This document shows, piece after piece, positions 1 to 12,002 of a stretch of 64,000 bases of DNA. The notes under the pieces are model-generated. The model did not search any database. It was not told where the DNA came from and saw nothing but the letters and a program-made list of their open reading frames with translations. The stretch's first letter is position 1. Each line of letters begins with the position of its first letter. The translations under genes were made by a program, and so were the position numbers. The DNA lies in contig NC_135889.1 of assembly GCF_964194155.1 (NCBI RefSeq), positions 106,578,001 through 106,642,000 on the forward strand, written 5' to 3'. The DNA comes from Cetorhinus maximus. Taxonomy: Eukaryota.

Positions 1-379
1 CTTAAAAGCAGCCTCGGAGTGACATCCCTCCCTTTCTGGCAGGGTCACCCAGCGTGCTTAACCTGCTGACTCATAAAGACTGGATTTTACTGTGGGTTTC
101 GGTACCCCAAGATGGCGACCAATTGGGGGCTCCCGAGCCCACAAATGCCAACAGCGAGACCTTCAGAGCAATATTCCAGAAGGCAACCCAGTTGGTTGCC
201 TCAGTGCTCCTCACTGAGGCTGGACGCTCAATCAGCAGACCAGCAGCTCTGCCACCTTGGCAGCCCCACCGGGAGAAGTAAGACACTATTGAGGCAGGTC
301 AGGGACCACAAGGGAAGTGCCAACACTGAGCAGCACAGACGGGCTCCACTGAAGACTCTCAAAATCAGCAGGGACATTG

Positions 380-600
380 AGGTGGAGGCAGTTTTTCTCA
401 CAAAGGGTAGTAGAAATCTGGATTTCTCTGCCTCAAAAGGTCATGAGTGTTGGGTGAATTGGAACTTTCAAGGTTTGTTTGGTAAGCGTAGCAAGGGAGT
501 TGAGCAAAGATAAATGAAGCTGAGGTGCACATGAGCCATTGTCTAATTGAATGGTGGAGCAGAATTGAGAGGTGAAATTGTCTGCTCCTGTTATTAATGT
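380..600 (+). mobile_element. Decayed CR1 LINE 3' end fragment
   Basis: Degenerate match to the CR1 3' ends at 5090-5478 and 53976-54200 (ttttctcacaaagggtagtaga...attgaatggtggagcag...ctgctcctgtt). Confidence 0.6.
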
Positions 601-2882
601 TGTTAATAGTTCTTAGTCTAGCAAAACCCATTGTGATAAACTATATAAGCATATATAAGTTCTCACAGAGTTGTGGAGTTAACATGGTTTATATTATTTC
701 CAAATGTTCCCTGCAGGTCAGTTTTCTGTCGCGCAGTTAATAACACCAAGAGTTTGGGAAATGATTCATGCTGGTACCATTCCCACAGGTATACACTGAA
801 GAAACATCTTAATTTACTTTGGCCAACCTTGAGAGCTCATTAAACCAAATCTGGCACAGTGTGGCAGTTTGTGGGCCGGAGGTTGCACTCACTGTGCCTG
901 CCACCTCTCTCTATAAATTCTGGATCAGCTGGTTAGGGGCTTCTTATCCTCAGTGCCCAAGACTTCTTCTTTTCTGGAACCTATTTCTGCTAGGAGAACA
1001 TCCACCAGAACAATTTGTCAATCTTGGAGCCTTTAATCATCCAATATAAAGGCTGTTCCTTCCAGCCTCATTGCTGCATTCTGGCAAAGAATAGTGTGGG
1101 CCTTCCATCAGTTACACTATTTTAAATCCTGCTTTGTACTTGTAAAAAAAAAAGATGTCTTGTCAGCCCTACTGGCTGTCTGTGACCGATCTGGCCAACT
1201 CATTAACTCAATGATTGTCTTGCCAATCCAACACTTGCTATCTTTCCAGTTTTCAACTCCCAGTGCCCATCTCTCCTGTTTACCAGCCTAGCCACGCTGC
1301 TCCACTATCATGCCAGGACTTTCTTCTGTCAACCTGTCATGCTGACCTGCCTGTCCTGTTTCCCAGTCACCTCCTATGAAGGCCCCCAGGCCTCTTCTCT
1401 AATCTTTGCTGTTATAGGCACAAAGAGCACTCTCAGAACTTGCTGCCAGTGAACAGACAGGGAGAGCAGGTCTGGGGCACTTGGAAACGAAGGAGCTATA
1501 TATATTCTCAGCACCTACTAAGGCAAGCTGCCAGATTTGAAAAAAAAAGAAACATTTCTTGCTGGCTGTTGGCCTTCACAAATCTTGGCAAGTTTGCCTT
1601 AGGGTAGCAGCCAGTTGTGTGAGGATCATGCTTCATAAATTGTACTATACTCGCGTTGAGAGTACAGCTTAAAATTAATTTTTCGCCCACTCAAATACGA
1701 AGCAAATTATTCAGTAATCACCCTCTATAATGTTACTATTGGTAGCCACACAAAAGACATATTATGAGGAGAGGTGTTTATAAGGGGAATTTTCTGCTTC
1801 ACTGCTGATCCAGAGCCCACCAGACAAGCCTATAAGGGGGCTGGGTGCCTCAGCCTGTACCTTCACTTTAAATGGAGATTGTGCTGTATAAAGAGGTCAC
1901 TCACAAACAAGGCAGTGTGGTGGTACTGGTCAAAACATTCTGAGCTTCTTCAGTAAAATAAATCTGAGTTGCATACGTAAATTTAGTGGCCAAGTCATTA
2001 TAACACATGTAGACATGAAGGCTCTTTGACCACAGGAAAGAGTTGGAATTCGAGATAATGCTAATCAATAATAGTAGGAAGACATCAATTCAAGTGATAG
2101 CAGCATTGTTGTCACTGGTTTTTCCCACTTTTATATGCACATCAGGTCAAAGGATATTACTGTTGGCAAATGAAACATTTTGCCTTTTTAGCTTCTCCTT
2201 AATATCAACATCAACATTCAAGGTCAAGTTAGATACTCGGCAAATTTCCATTACTTTGCCCCAACAAATTACCTCAACAACAAACTCAGAAGAACATTCC
2301 GTGCTGCACCAGCATTACCATTTTTTCATTGCCGACATCAGCCACCTTTCTGAGGTCTCTTAGTGAGAGTGACAATTAGTGCAAACTTGTGCTAGGTTCA
2401 GGCCCGAAGAACTGAATTGAGACTGTCCAAACTCATTTTAAATAGGATCATTACAGCCAACAAATTGAGAAGACTTCCATCCTCTAACTCTGGGCAGAAT
2501 TCAACTAAATCTCATTAGGGACCAGTAACTTCTTCTTTAAAAAAAGGAGAAATCCAAAATCCCAGGTATTTAGCAAAAGAATGAAGCCAAAAAGATTTTC
2601 CACAGTTTAAAACAAAATAATTCTTTCCATACAAGAGTCAAATAAAGCAAACATTAAATGTTATTTTAGATAGCCACCCTTACTCTAATAGCCAGAATCA
2701 ACTTACGTTAAACATGGATTAACAGGAAAATTGCGGGTGATCATAAATTATAAATTACACATTAAATGGCACATACAACTAAGGGAGATCTGACCATTGG
2801 CTCAACAGTCCACAAGCATCTAGGCATTAAACTCAGTCACAAAGCTGAGTTCAAAACTCTATCTTCCTTATGAAGAATTTCA

Positions 2883-3115
2883 GAGCAGGGCTGTAAAGAG
2901 CGAGACTTAATTGAGCAGAGCTGTAAAGAGCAAGACTTCAGTGAGCAGAGCAGAGCTGTAAAAAGCAAGACTTCACTGAGCAGAGTGGGGCAGTAAAGAG
3001 CGAGACTTCAGTGAGCAGAGCAGAGCTGTAAAAAGCGAGACTTCACTGAGCAGAGTGGGGCTGTAAAAAGCCAGACTTCACTGAGCAGAGTGGGGCTGTA
3101 AAGAGCGAGACTTTG
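2883..3115 (+). repeat. Tandem repeat, ~32-38 bp unit (gagcagagtggggctgtaaagagcgagacttcact), about 7 copies; probable CR1 5'UTR
   Basis: Repeats are directly visible and lie just upstream of the CR1 ORF1 start at 3174. Confidence 0.8.
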
Positions 3116-3173
3116 AGAAGAGTAGGGCTCAAATTTAAGGAAATAGCCTTTTAATTAAAAACAAGCAGAGGGT

Positions 3174-3377
3174 ATGGCAAGGGAGTTCAGTCCCGTGTGT
3201 TGTATGGCCTGCAGCATGTGGGAATTCTTAGACACTCCTTGCAGTCTGGATGACCATATGTGCAGGAAGTGCCACCGGCTTGACCAGCTGGAGCAATGGG
3301 TTTCGGAGCTTGAGTGTCAGCTGGAGACACAGTGGTGCATAAGCGAGGTTGAGTTCAGGGCCAACATGTTCCCGTAA
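3174..3377 (+). pseudogene. CR1 ORF1 N-terminal fragment (Cys-rich zinc finger plus coiled coil)
   Basis: CMACSMWE...HMCRKC followed by heptad-like LDQLEQWVSELECQL, as in vertebrate CR1 ORF1; joined directly to ORF2 sequence. Confidence 0.75.
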
Positions 3378-5259
3378 AGGTGAAGGGTAAGACCAACAAG
3401 TCCAGGGAACCCTGGATGTCAAGGGATATAAAGGATTGGATAAGCTGAAAACAGCAGAAGCCCTAGAGGAGTATAGAAAATGTAGGGGGGTACTTAATAA
3501 AGTAATTAGGAGAGCGAAGAGGGGGCATGAAAAACACTGGCTGTCAAGATAAGGGAAAATCCCAAGGAATTTTATAAATATATTAAGGGTAAGAGGATAA
3601 CCAGGGAAAGAGTAGGGCCCATTAGGGAACAAAGTGGCAATCTGTGCATGGAACCTGAGGACGTAGGTGAGGTTTTGAATGATTACTTTTCATCTGTGTT
3701 CACTATGGAGAAGGACGATGTATGTGTAGAAATCAGGCGGGGGGATTGTGATATACTTGAACAAATTAGCTTTGAAAGGGAGGAGACATTAATGGTTTTA
3801 GCAGGATAAATCCCCAGGCCCAGATGGGATGTATCCCAGGCTGATATGTGAGGCAAGGGAGGAGATTGCAGGGGCTCTGACATTAATTTTCAAACCCTCT
3901 CTGGCCACAGGAGAGGTGCCAGAGGACTGGAGGACAGCGAATGTGCTACCACTATTCAAGAAGGGAAGCAGGGATAAACCAGGGAATAACAGGCCAGTGA
4001 GTCTAACATCAGTGGTAGGGAAAGTATTGAAAAAAATTCTGAGGAACAGGATTAATCTCCACTTGGAGAGGCAGGAATTAATCAGGGATAGTCAGCATAG
4101 CTTTGTCAGGGGGAGGTCATGCCTGACAAAATTTGAATTTTTTGAGGAGGTGACTAGTTGTGTAGATGAGGGTAGTGCAGTTGATATAGTCTACATGGAC
4201 CACAGTAAGGCATTTGACAAGGTCCCGCATGGGAGAATGGTCAAGAAGATAAGAGCCCATGGGAGCCAGGGCAATTTGGCAAATTGGCTTAGTGGCAGGA
4301 GGCAGAGGGTGATGGTTGAAGGTTGTTTTTGCGATTGGAAGCCTGTGACGAGTGGTGTATTGTAGGGATCGGTGCTGGGACCCTTGCTGTTTGTAGTGTA
4401 CATTAATGATTTAAACATAAATATAGGAGGTGTGATCATAAGTTCGCAGGTGACACCAGAATTGGTGGTGTGGTAAATAGTGAGGAGGAAAGCCTTAGAT
4501 TACAGGACGATATAGATGTGCTGGTAAGATGGGCAGAGCAGGGGCAAATGGAATTTAATCCTGAGAAGTGTGAGGTGATGCATTTTGGGAGGACTAACAT
4601 GGCAAGGGAATACACAATGAATGGTAGGACCCTAGGAAATACAGAGGATCAGAGGGACCTTGGTGTACATGTCCACAGATCCCTAAAGGCAGCAACACAA
4701 GTAGATAAAGTGGTTAAGAAGGCATATGGGATACTTGCCTTTATTAACCAAGGCATGTTGGAGCTGTATAAAGCGCTAGTTAGGCCACAGCTGGAGTACT
4801 GTGTGCAGTTTTGGTCACCGCACTATAGGGAGGATGTGATTACACTGGAGGGGGTGCAGAAGAGATTCACCAGGATGTTGCCTGGACTGGAGCGTTTCAG
4901 CTATGAAGAGAGACTGGGTAGGCTAGGGTTGTTTTTCTTAGAACAGAGAAGGCTGAGGGGGGACCTGATAGAGCTATACAAAATTATGAGGGGCATAGAT
5001 AGGGAGAAACTTTTCCCCTTAGCGGAGGTGTCAATAACCAGGATGGCATAGATTTAAGGTAAGGGGCAGGAGGTTTGGAGGGGATTTGAGGAAAATATTT
5101 TTCACCCAGAGGGTGGTTGGAATCTGGAACACACTGCCTGTGGGGGGCGGTAGAGGCAGGAATCCTCACAACATTTAAGAAGTACTTAGATGAGCACTTG
5201 AAACGCCATAGCATACAGGGCTATGGGCCAAGTGCTTAAAAATAGGATTAGAATAGATA

Positions 5260-5394
5260 AAAGCAAAATACTGCAGATGCTGGAAATCCGAAACAAAAGC
5301 AAAACCTGCTGGAAAAACTCAGCAGGTCTGACAGCATCTGTGGAGAGGAAAACAGAGTTAACGTTTCGAGTCCGTCTGACTCTTCATCAGAACC
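5260..5394 (-). mobile_element. Short Penelope-like terminal repeat inserted in the CR1 3'UTR
   Basis: aaaagcaaaatactgcagatgctggaaat...tcttcatcagaac family recurs across the window; flanked by AGATA at 5255-5259 and 5395-5399. Confidence 0.75.
5357..5393 (-). ncRNA. Minimal type I hammerhead ribozyme-like motif
   Basis: Minus strand reads GTT-CTGATGA-A-GAGTC(AGACG)GACTC-GAAA-CGTT-AAC: conserved core, 5-bp stem II, palindromic AACGTT in place of stem III, GTT/AAC stem I. Confidence 0.7.
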
Positions 5395-5525
5395 AGATAG
5401 GTGCTTGATGGCCGGCATGGACATGATGGGCCAAAGGGCCTGTTTCTGTGCTGTATAACTCTATGATTCTATGACTCTAACTGGTTGTCTAAAGAGACGG
5501 GACTTGTGGAGATTTAAGGAACAAG

Positions 5526-6242
5526 GGGCTTTATTTTATGTCACATCCCGACCCCGCCAGGCGTGATTTCAGCAGGGAGTCATGTAAAAGATGATGGGTG
5601 ACTAGCCCACAACCTTCCTGTCCACCCCGACCCATTCTCCATAAAACAGTGGGTGGAAGGAGGCTGAAATTAGCAGCCCACCCACCGTTTTTAAATAAAT
5701 AATTAGCAGGCAATTGAGCTTATTACCAAGCCACTTGACACAAATATTTCGCTGTCCAAGCCATGATACTGTTGGCATGGACAGGTGGGCAGGAGTGAGA
5801 AGACTTTTTTTTTAAAACATTGTGGAGAAAGTAGGAAGGAAGGGGGTGCTTCATTTGGGGCTCCATGTGTGCATCGGCGGCACCCCTCCAAGACGTTCTT
5901 CCTCCCTGAACAGCTTCCAAAACCGACCCCCACCCCCCGCCCCACCACCACCACCTCCTCTCTCGGCTCCCCAATCTCTCGCTGTTCGAAACTTTGGACT
6001 TGTCTTGGTCCAGATGCTATAGCTGTCTTCATCCCGGGCCTACTTGCAGTCCACCCGCTCTCTGCTCCATTAGCCCGCCCCAGTGCGTTATCACTATGGG
6101 GTGGGCTTTTTTGAATTGGTTACCTGCCTTCCAACTTTTACATGGGAGATGAGCCACATGCAAACTCCCCCTCCCCTCCCCCCCCACCCCCCACCACCAC
6201 CATCCCCACCACCCGCTACAAGCCTCCAGTGAAATTTAACCC
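5526..6242. mobile_element. Harbinger-type MITE
   Basis: Ends gggctttatttta / gaaatttaaccc; AAG on both sides (5523-5525, 6243-6245); no coding capacity. Confidence 0.65.
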
Positions 6243-6659
6243 AAGGGGTCACCAGGCTTGGGTAGACTTGTGTTATGATCTCAGTAGATACCAGTAACGT
6301 GTTTATTTATCTTTTAATCCAAAAACCCAAACTAAGAGAATGAAGGTACATGGTTCACGGTTTAAATCAAAAGAATTTTACTAAACAAAAATCAACGACC
6401 ATGAATACTAATAATTACATTCTATTGTAAGTGGTCATGTACATTAGAGATATTCAAAGTAGATTGAACACAGTTATTTATACTTCAATCTGACTCAACC
6501 GTCTTTCTACGTTCAATTGACTTACACCCCCAGAAACTCAAATTGGATGGTTATCTGAAATTAGAAAATTAACCACTTGGTCAAAGTACCGTTTCAAAGT
6601 TTTGTATAAGTGTTGAGATTTCTTGGTCCTTCTACCTATTTCCGGAAAGGTTGTCACTT

Positions 6660-6938
6660 CAAATAAAAACAGAAAATGCCGGAAAAAACCTCAACCGGTC
6701 TGGCAGCATCTGTGGAGGGTGACAGAGAGTTTCAAGTCCGTATGACTCTTCTTCAGAGCTGAAGAGAGGTGGAAGAGAAGTGCCAGTGAATTAAGTGCTA
6801 AAGTAAAAGCAAAATACCGCGGATGCTGGAAATCTGAATTAAAAACAGGAAATGCTGGAAAAACTCAGCAGGTCAGGCAGCATCTGTGGAGAGAGAAACA
6901 AAGTTAATGTTTCAAGTCCATATGACACTTTTTCATTT
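6660..6938 (-). mobile_element. Two tandem Penelope-like terminal repeats with degenerate hammerhead motifs
   Basis: Copies at ~6660-6765 and ~6805-6935 match 5260-5394; the first keeps CTGAAGA-A-GAGTC...GACTT-GAAA on the minus strand. Confidence 0.7.
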
Positions 6939-7394
6939 CAAGGGCAGGATTTTATCTATGGCGTGCGTATGGCGGGCCCCGCGCGTTAGGGCTTAAAATG
7001 TCGCACGCTGACATCGAGTGAGTGTCCCGACGTCAGTGCACGCCATCGCAATATTTAGGTGGGCGGACGCTATGAAGCGCGACGCGCGCCCGCCATTAAT
7101 TAAAGGTCTTGTTAAGGCCCTTAACTCGGCAATCGACGCTGGTTTTGAGGCGCCCGTACGATCTTCAGCTCGGCACACGGGCCCAACGGGCAGGCGGGTA
7201 AGTGATTTTCTAACAAACCTCATCCACGGGCGGGACATGTGGGCTCAGAGGGGTTGTTCATGTTTTATCTGAAGTATTTATTGCAGCAAGTGTTTTAAAC
7301 TTGCCTGTGTGACTGTCAGCAGCTGAGATCGATTTCCAATAGCTTTCTCTGTACTTTGAAGCTTCAGCTCACCAGTCTGCAGACAGGAATCTTT

Positions 7395-8672
7395 ATAGGG
7401 CCTGCAGCTTTCCGGAGGCTTCCATTTAGCCTGGGTAAGAGTTCTGACATCTCCACTGGAGGCAGCTTCTCTGAGGAGGAAGGGAGGGATAGAATAAGGA
7501 GAAGGCCAGGACTGAACAATCAGCCTCCAGGGGTGCCACCTTTGGGAGGCCAGGCACAGGCACAAGGGGTGCAGGGCCAAGAGGTTGTCCAAGGTGGAAG
7601 GGGCTGCAGAAGACGCCACTTTCCTGCTGCCAGGGTATACAGGCGGCGAAGCAGCTACCTCAATATGGCTGAGGTGCAGTGCTGAAGGAGGCTCCGTCTC
7701 TCAAGCGAGACAGTCAACTATATCTGTCAGATCGTTGGCCCTGAGATCCCCCCTAACTGTGTGGGTGGACACCCCATGCCAGCAGCTCTGAAGGTCACAG
7801 TTGCCCTCAACTTCTATGCATCTGGCACCTTCCAGGGCTCGGTGGGTGATCTTTGCGGTGTCTCCCAATCAGCTGTACACACTTGTGTCAAGCAGGTTAC
7901 AGAAGCTCTGTTCAGACAGGTATTGACTTTCATCCACTTCCGCTGTGACCAGGCAAGCCAAGCACAGCGAGCCAGAGGCTTCGCAGCCATTGCTGGATTC
8001 CCCCGTGTCCAGGGTGCTATAGACTGTACACATGTGGCCATCAAGGCGCCAGCAGGTGAGCCCGGTGCCTTCGTCAACAGGAAGGGCTTCCACTCCATGA
8101 ACGTGCAGATAGTGTGTGATCACAGGATGCAGATTCTGCAAGTCTGTGCAAGGTACCCAGGCAGCTCCCACGATGCCTACATCCTCAGACACTCCCAGGT
8201 GTCGGGGCTCTTCAGTGCTCCGGCTCGGCTGGATGGGTGGCTGTTGGGTGACAAGGGCTATCCCCTCAGAAGGTGGCTCATGACGCCTCTCCGTCATCCA
8301 AGAACAGAAGCTGAGCAGCGGTACAATAGGAGCCACAGCACCACAAGGGCTGTGGTGGAGAGAGCCATCGGCCTTCTCAAGATGCGCTTCCATTGCCTGG
8401 ACCGCTCAGGGGGCGCACTCCAGTATCCCCCAGATCGTGTCTCAGTGATAGTGGTAGCATGCTGCGCTCTGCACAGTCTTGTGCTGGAAAGGGGGGATGC
8501 AGTTGACGATGAAGAACTTGACACCCAGGATGAGGCTGCACATGATGAATCCAGCAGTGGCTCAGAGGATGAGGAAGCACAGGGCGATGATGAGGGGCAG
8601 CACGCCGACCGGCAACTACACCAAGGAGGCAGGGACACCCGGGACAATTTAATCCAACGGACCTTCAGCTAG
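7395..8672 (+). pseudogene. Harbinger transposase (HARBI1-like, DDE_Tnp_4), near-intact with one in-frame stop
   Basis: ORFs 7356-7685 and 7761-8672 share a frame, split by TGA at 7683-7685; catalytic motifs GAIDCTHV, LLGDKGY, VERAIGLLKMRF; acidic C-terminal tail. Start position approximate. Confidence 0.92.
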
Positions 8673-8874
8673 CTCCACACACATGGATCTGCAGGACCAG
8701 CATTGCCTGGCGCTTCCACACGTGGCACTTAGGTGCCACATCTTCCACCTCATCAGCTGCACTAAGGGCTTAGTACAGAAACATCAATGTCCACTCAAAC
8801 ACTCATGAGATGTCTGTGAAACATACAAATGCAGCACAAAGGAAACACCCTCAGCCATGGTCAGGAATGTGGAC

Positions 8875-8894
8875 TTTATTGCCAGCAAAATAAA
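8875..8894. terminator. Adjacent poly(A) signals on opposite strands between the convergent H1 genes
   Basis: tttatt at 8875-8880 (AATAAA on -) and aataaa at ~8889-8894 (+). Confidence 0.5.
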
Positions 8895-8980
8895 CAACAA
8901 ACATCGCTCTGACGCAGATAATGAAACATTCCCTAATCTGGGGCCAACACAAAATCACCAGTGACATACCCGCGGATTAC

Positions 8981-11900
8981 CTAAGGTGCCTTATGCTTAC
9001 GTTTGTGGGTGCTACATCTTGGTGCCGTCCCATCGCTTGGAGTGGCTTGTGAGACAGCCTGCTGACTCTGCTGTCCTGTTGGCGTCGATGACCTTGGCGG
9101 CCGTCCTCTGGCCCGTGGAGTCTGTGCTGGCCCCGCCTGGGAGGGAGTGGCCAGTTCCAGAACTGGCACCACCCCAGTTGTCGCAGCCTCAACAGATGCA
9201 ATGGTCACTGGCAGAGGGGCGTAGGAGCTGCTGCCCTCATCCGGAGTGCCCTGAGAGGAGCTCGCAGCGACGACAGGCAGCCTCTGCGCCGACGTGAGGT
9301 CACATTGGAACTCCCTGCTCACCGCAGATGGATGGGCACCGAACGGCGACACTTGGTGCCCAGAACATCTCCCACATTGGGAATGACCACGTGTGGCCAT
9401 TACCGCTGTGAGGGCTTGCAGGTCAGAGCGTAACCCAATCAGATGATTCTCAATCTGTTGGAAGCCCCTCCCCATGAGAGTCGCCAATCTCTCAGTGGAG
9501 GAAGCCTGAAGCTCTGTCCTGAGGTTCATGACTTCACTGACACTCTGCCTGGATTCCTCCATCACAGAGACCAAGTGAAGCACAGCCTCATACAACCCTG
9601 CCAGATGTTCCCGCGCACCGGGCCGCTTGCCCTGCAGCTACTGCATTGGTGACATCTCCAGAGGCACATCATCACTGCTAGACTCAGCATGTGCCTGGTC
9701 CCCTGCAGTCCTCCAGCTACTGGCGCCATCGACACTCTCTGTCCGTGCCATCTCCTCCAGCGATTGTGAAATGCTCTCTCCACTGTGCCCCAGGACACTA
9801 GCCGACATCATAATCCCCAGTGATGTGGTAGTCGCTGCGCTGGTGCCTGGCTCACTGAAATGATGTGACGCAAGTTGCGAGTGATGTCCCTCAGGTGTGG
9901 AGCGTTCAGTCAGTAACACCTTTCATCCCTTTCCCCCCAGCCTCATAATGTGCTCAACCTTCAAGAACCTAAGGAGACGAACATTGGTGGGGTGGTAAAT
10001 AGTCAAGACATACAGACAAGCTGGTCAGATGGCCTAAGGAATGCCACATGGAATGTTACGTGGATAAGTGTTCGGTTAAGCACTTGGGCAAGACAAGCAA
10101 GGTACGGGAATACATGAGTAATGGTAGGACCGTGGAAAGTCACAACGATTACAGGGACCTTGCTGGGCAAACCCGTTAAGGTAGCAGAACAGGAACATAA
10201 GGCGTTTAACAAGGTCAAAGCCAGACTTGCCTTTATTAGCCGAGGAATAGAATGTAGGAAAAAGGAGGTCATATTGCAAGTGCAGAAAACACTGTCGAGG
10301 CCACATCTACACTTCTGCGTTCAGTTGTGACCTGAGCTTCATGGGAGGGATGGCATTGGAATGGAGAGAGTGCAGAGGTTCCTGATCTGGATGCATGCTG
10401 GCCTGGAGAGTTGGAGCTATGAGGAAATATTGCAAACACTTGTGACATTTGCCGTAGATCACAGGAGATTGACAGCTCACATTATCGATCTTCATACTGT
10501 TATGAGGGGCATAGACTGGGTGGACAGAAGGCAAAATTCCCTTTGACTAACGTGGTGGCATTTATTTAAGCTGAGTGCCATGAGGTTGACAGGTGAGGTG
10601 CTGAGCACCTTATGGACAGAGTAATGTGGGACACACTGGCTGAAAGGGTGGTGGAGGTACAAACCCTCCTAAGATGCAAAACGTCTTTGGATGTGCAGCA
10701 GCGATGCCATGGCATGTTAGGCCATGGGGATAGTGGTCACAAATGGGATAAGGCGACTTTGGAAGGTGCTAGAGACGCACATCCTCAAGGGACCGAGGGA
10801 CGTTTGCATATGACCCACACGTCTGATTGTATCAGTCTGTGAATGAGCAGTGTTGCTGCATTAATGATTGCAGCAACCATCAGTGGGTTGGATGGTGGGG
10901 AGACAGAGTGGATGGGACTGGCCCTCAAATACCTGGCCGCTGCACCCCAGCCTAACCGACACCTGCCGATCTGGCCGCTTGTCTCCTCCCCAGCTCCATG
11001 ACCTGCTCCTCATATGTGGTGAGGCGCTGCAGCGCAGCGTGCCCACCACCAGTCCACAAACACTCCCGGCTATTGTGCTCTGTTTTTGCCTGCAGAACAG
11101 AGAAGAGCATTTATTGAGGCTGATCGCTCATGTACTCTGCACCCGCACACCGCACCCCAACCACAGTGGCCCATCTGAGGCCTCCAGCGGCTCCGTCCAC
11201 ACTACTGGTGATCAGTCCCCAGAAGATAGTACGGCTGGTCCCAACCCCCTCCCCCAACGGACATCTTGGACACATTCGGCATCCATCACTTTGAATAACA
11301 CATGGGCCTTAGCGCCCATGGCAAGGAGGTGCAACTAGGTGCGGCGCCAATGCCAGCAGATGGCTCTTGGCCACGACACCTTGAGGCTCCCCTTCCACCA
11401 TCTCATCACCATCAATAAGACATGTGTTGGAGTTCTGAGTATGTGTCTAGCTGCCTCTCCTGCAGGTTGCCCCCAGACTACTCAAATGCGACAAACACCA
11501 ACATATGCTGTGGGGAGAACCCATCTTCTCCTCAACCACTAAGGCTGCTGCAAACAAGGTCACTATCTGTTTGCCCACCCAGCGTATGCCAAGTGCCCAA
11601 TGCAGTAACGACACTAAGACGTGAGCAGGGAGTGGGGGAGACCTCAAAGGCTAAGGCTACCTGCTAGGTTAAATGGCCAAGGCTGACATGGTACTCACCC
11701 TTCCAGAGCGCAACGAATCATTGAAGCACTTGCGTCACTGGGTTCTTGTTCGCTGCACAGGATCTTGAGAGCTGACGACCTCCGCCACCTCCTGCCACGC
11801 CTGCCTGGTCACATGGGGGGCCCTCCTCCTCCCATCCTCAGGGAACAACACCTCCCGACGTTTTGACACCTCTTCGAGGAGGGCAGCAAGGCAAGCATCG

Positions 11901-12002
11901 GCGAACCGAGGGGCACATTGGCCCAGCCGCTGGCCTACCCTGGAGCCTGCTCCCCTCCTCCTCCTCTGCCCTGACCTCCTCTGCAGCCCAGTCGCTGGCC
12001 AT
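8981..12002 (-). pseudogene. Harbinger Myb/SANT-like DNA-binding protein gene (NAIF1/MSANTD-like), 3 exons, disrupted
   Basis: Exon 1 ~12002-11699 (APRFADACLAALLEEV...AWQEVAEVVSS...Q*RKCFNDSLRSGR|gtgagt); exon 2 11089-10933 (ctgcag|AKTEHNSRECLWTGGG); exon 3 9968-8981 ending PRCSTHKRKHKAP; stops and frameshifts present. Confidence 0.85.
9985..10830 (+). mobile_element. Highly diverged CR1 3' fragment inside intron 2 of the H1 Myb/SANT gene
   Basis: LAFISRGIECRKKEVILQVQKTLSRPHLHFCVQL, MERVQRF...SYEE and WDTLAERVVE correspond to the CR1 ORF2 C-terminus. Confidence 0.8.

Larger units (their letters stand above)
2883..5478 (+). mobile_element. CR1 LINE, internally deleted, with disrupted reverse transcriptase
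   Basis: ORFs 3829-4365 (PEDWRTANVLPLFKKG, RPVSLTSV, SKAFDKVPH) and 4470-5051 (RPQLEYCVQFWSP); 3' tail ctctatgattctatgactcta at ~5458-5478. Confidence 0.93.

Noticed and set aside
2883-3115. CRISPR-like regular repeats
   Set aside because: No unique spacers, no cas genes, eukaryotic LINE context.
7395-8672. Host HARBI1 gene
   Set aside because: Lies within TIRs, has an in-frame stop and a relative in the same window; it is a transposon copy.
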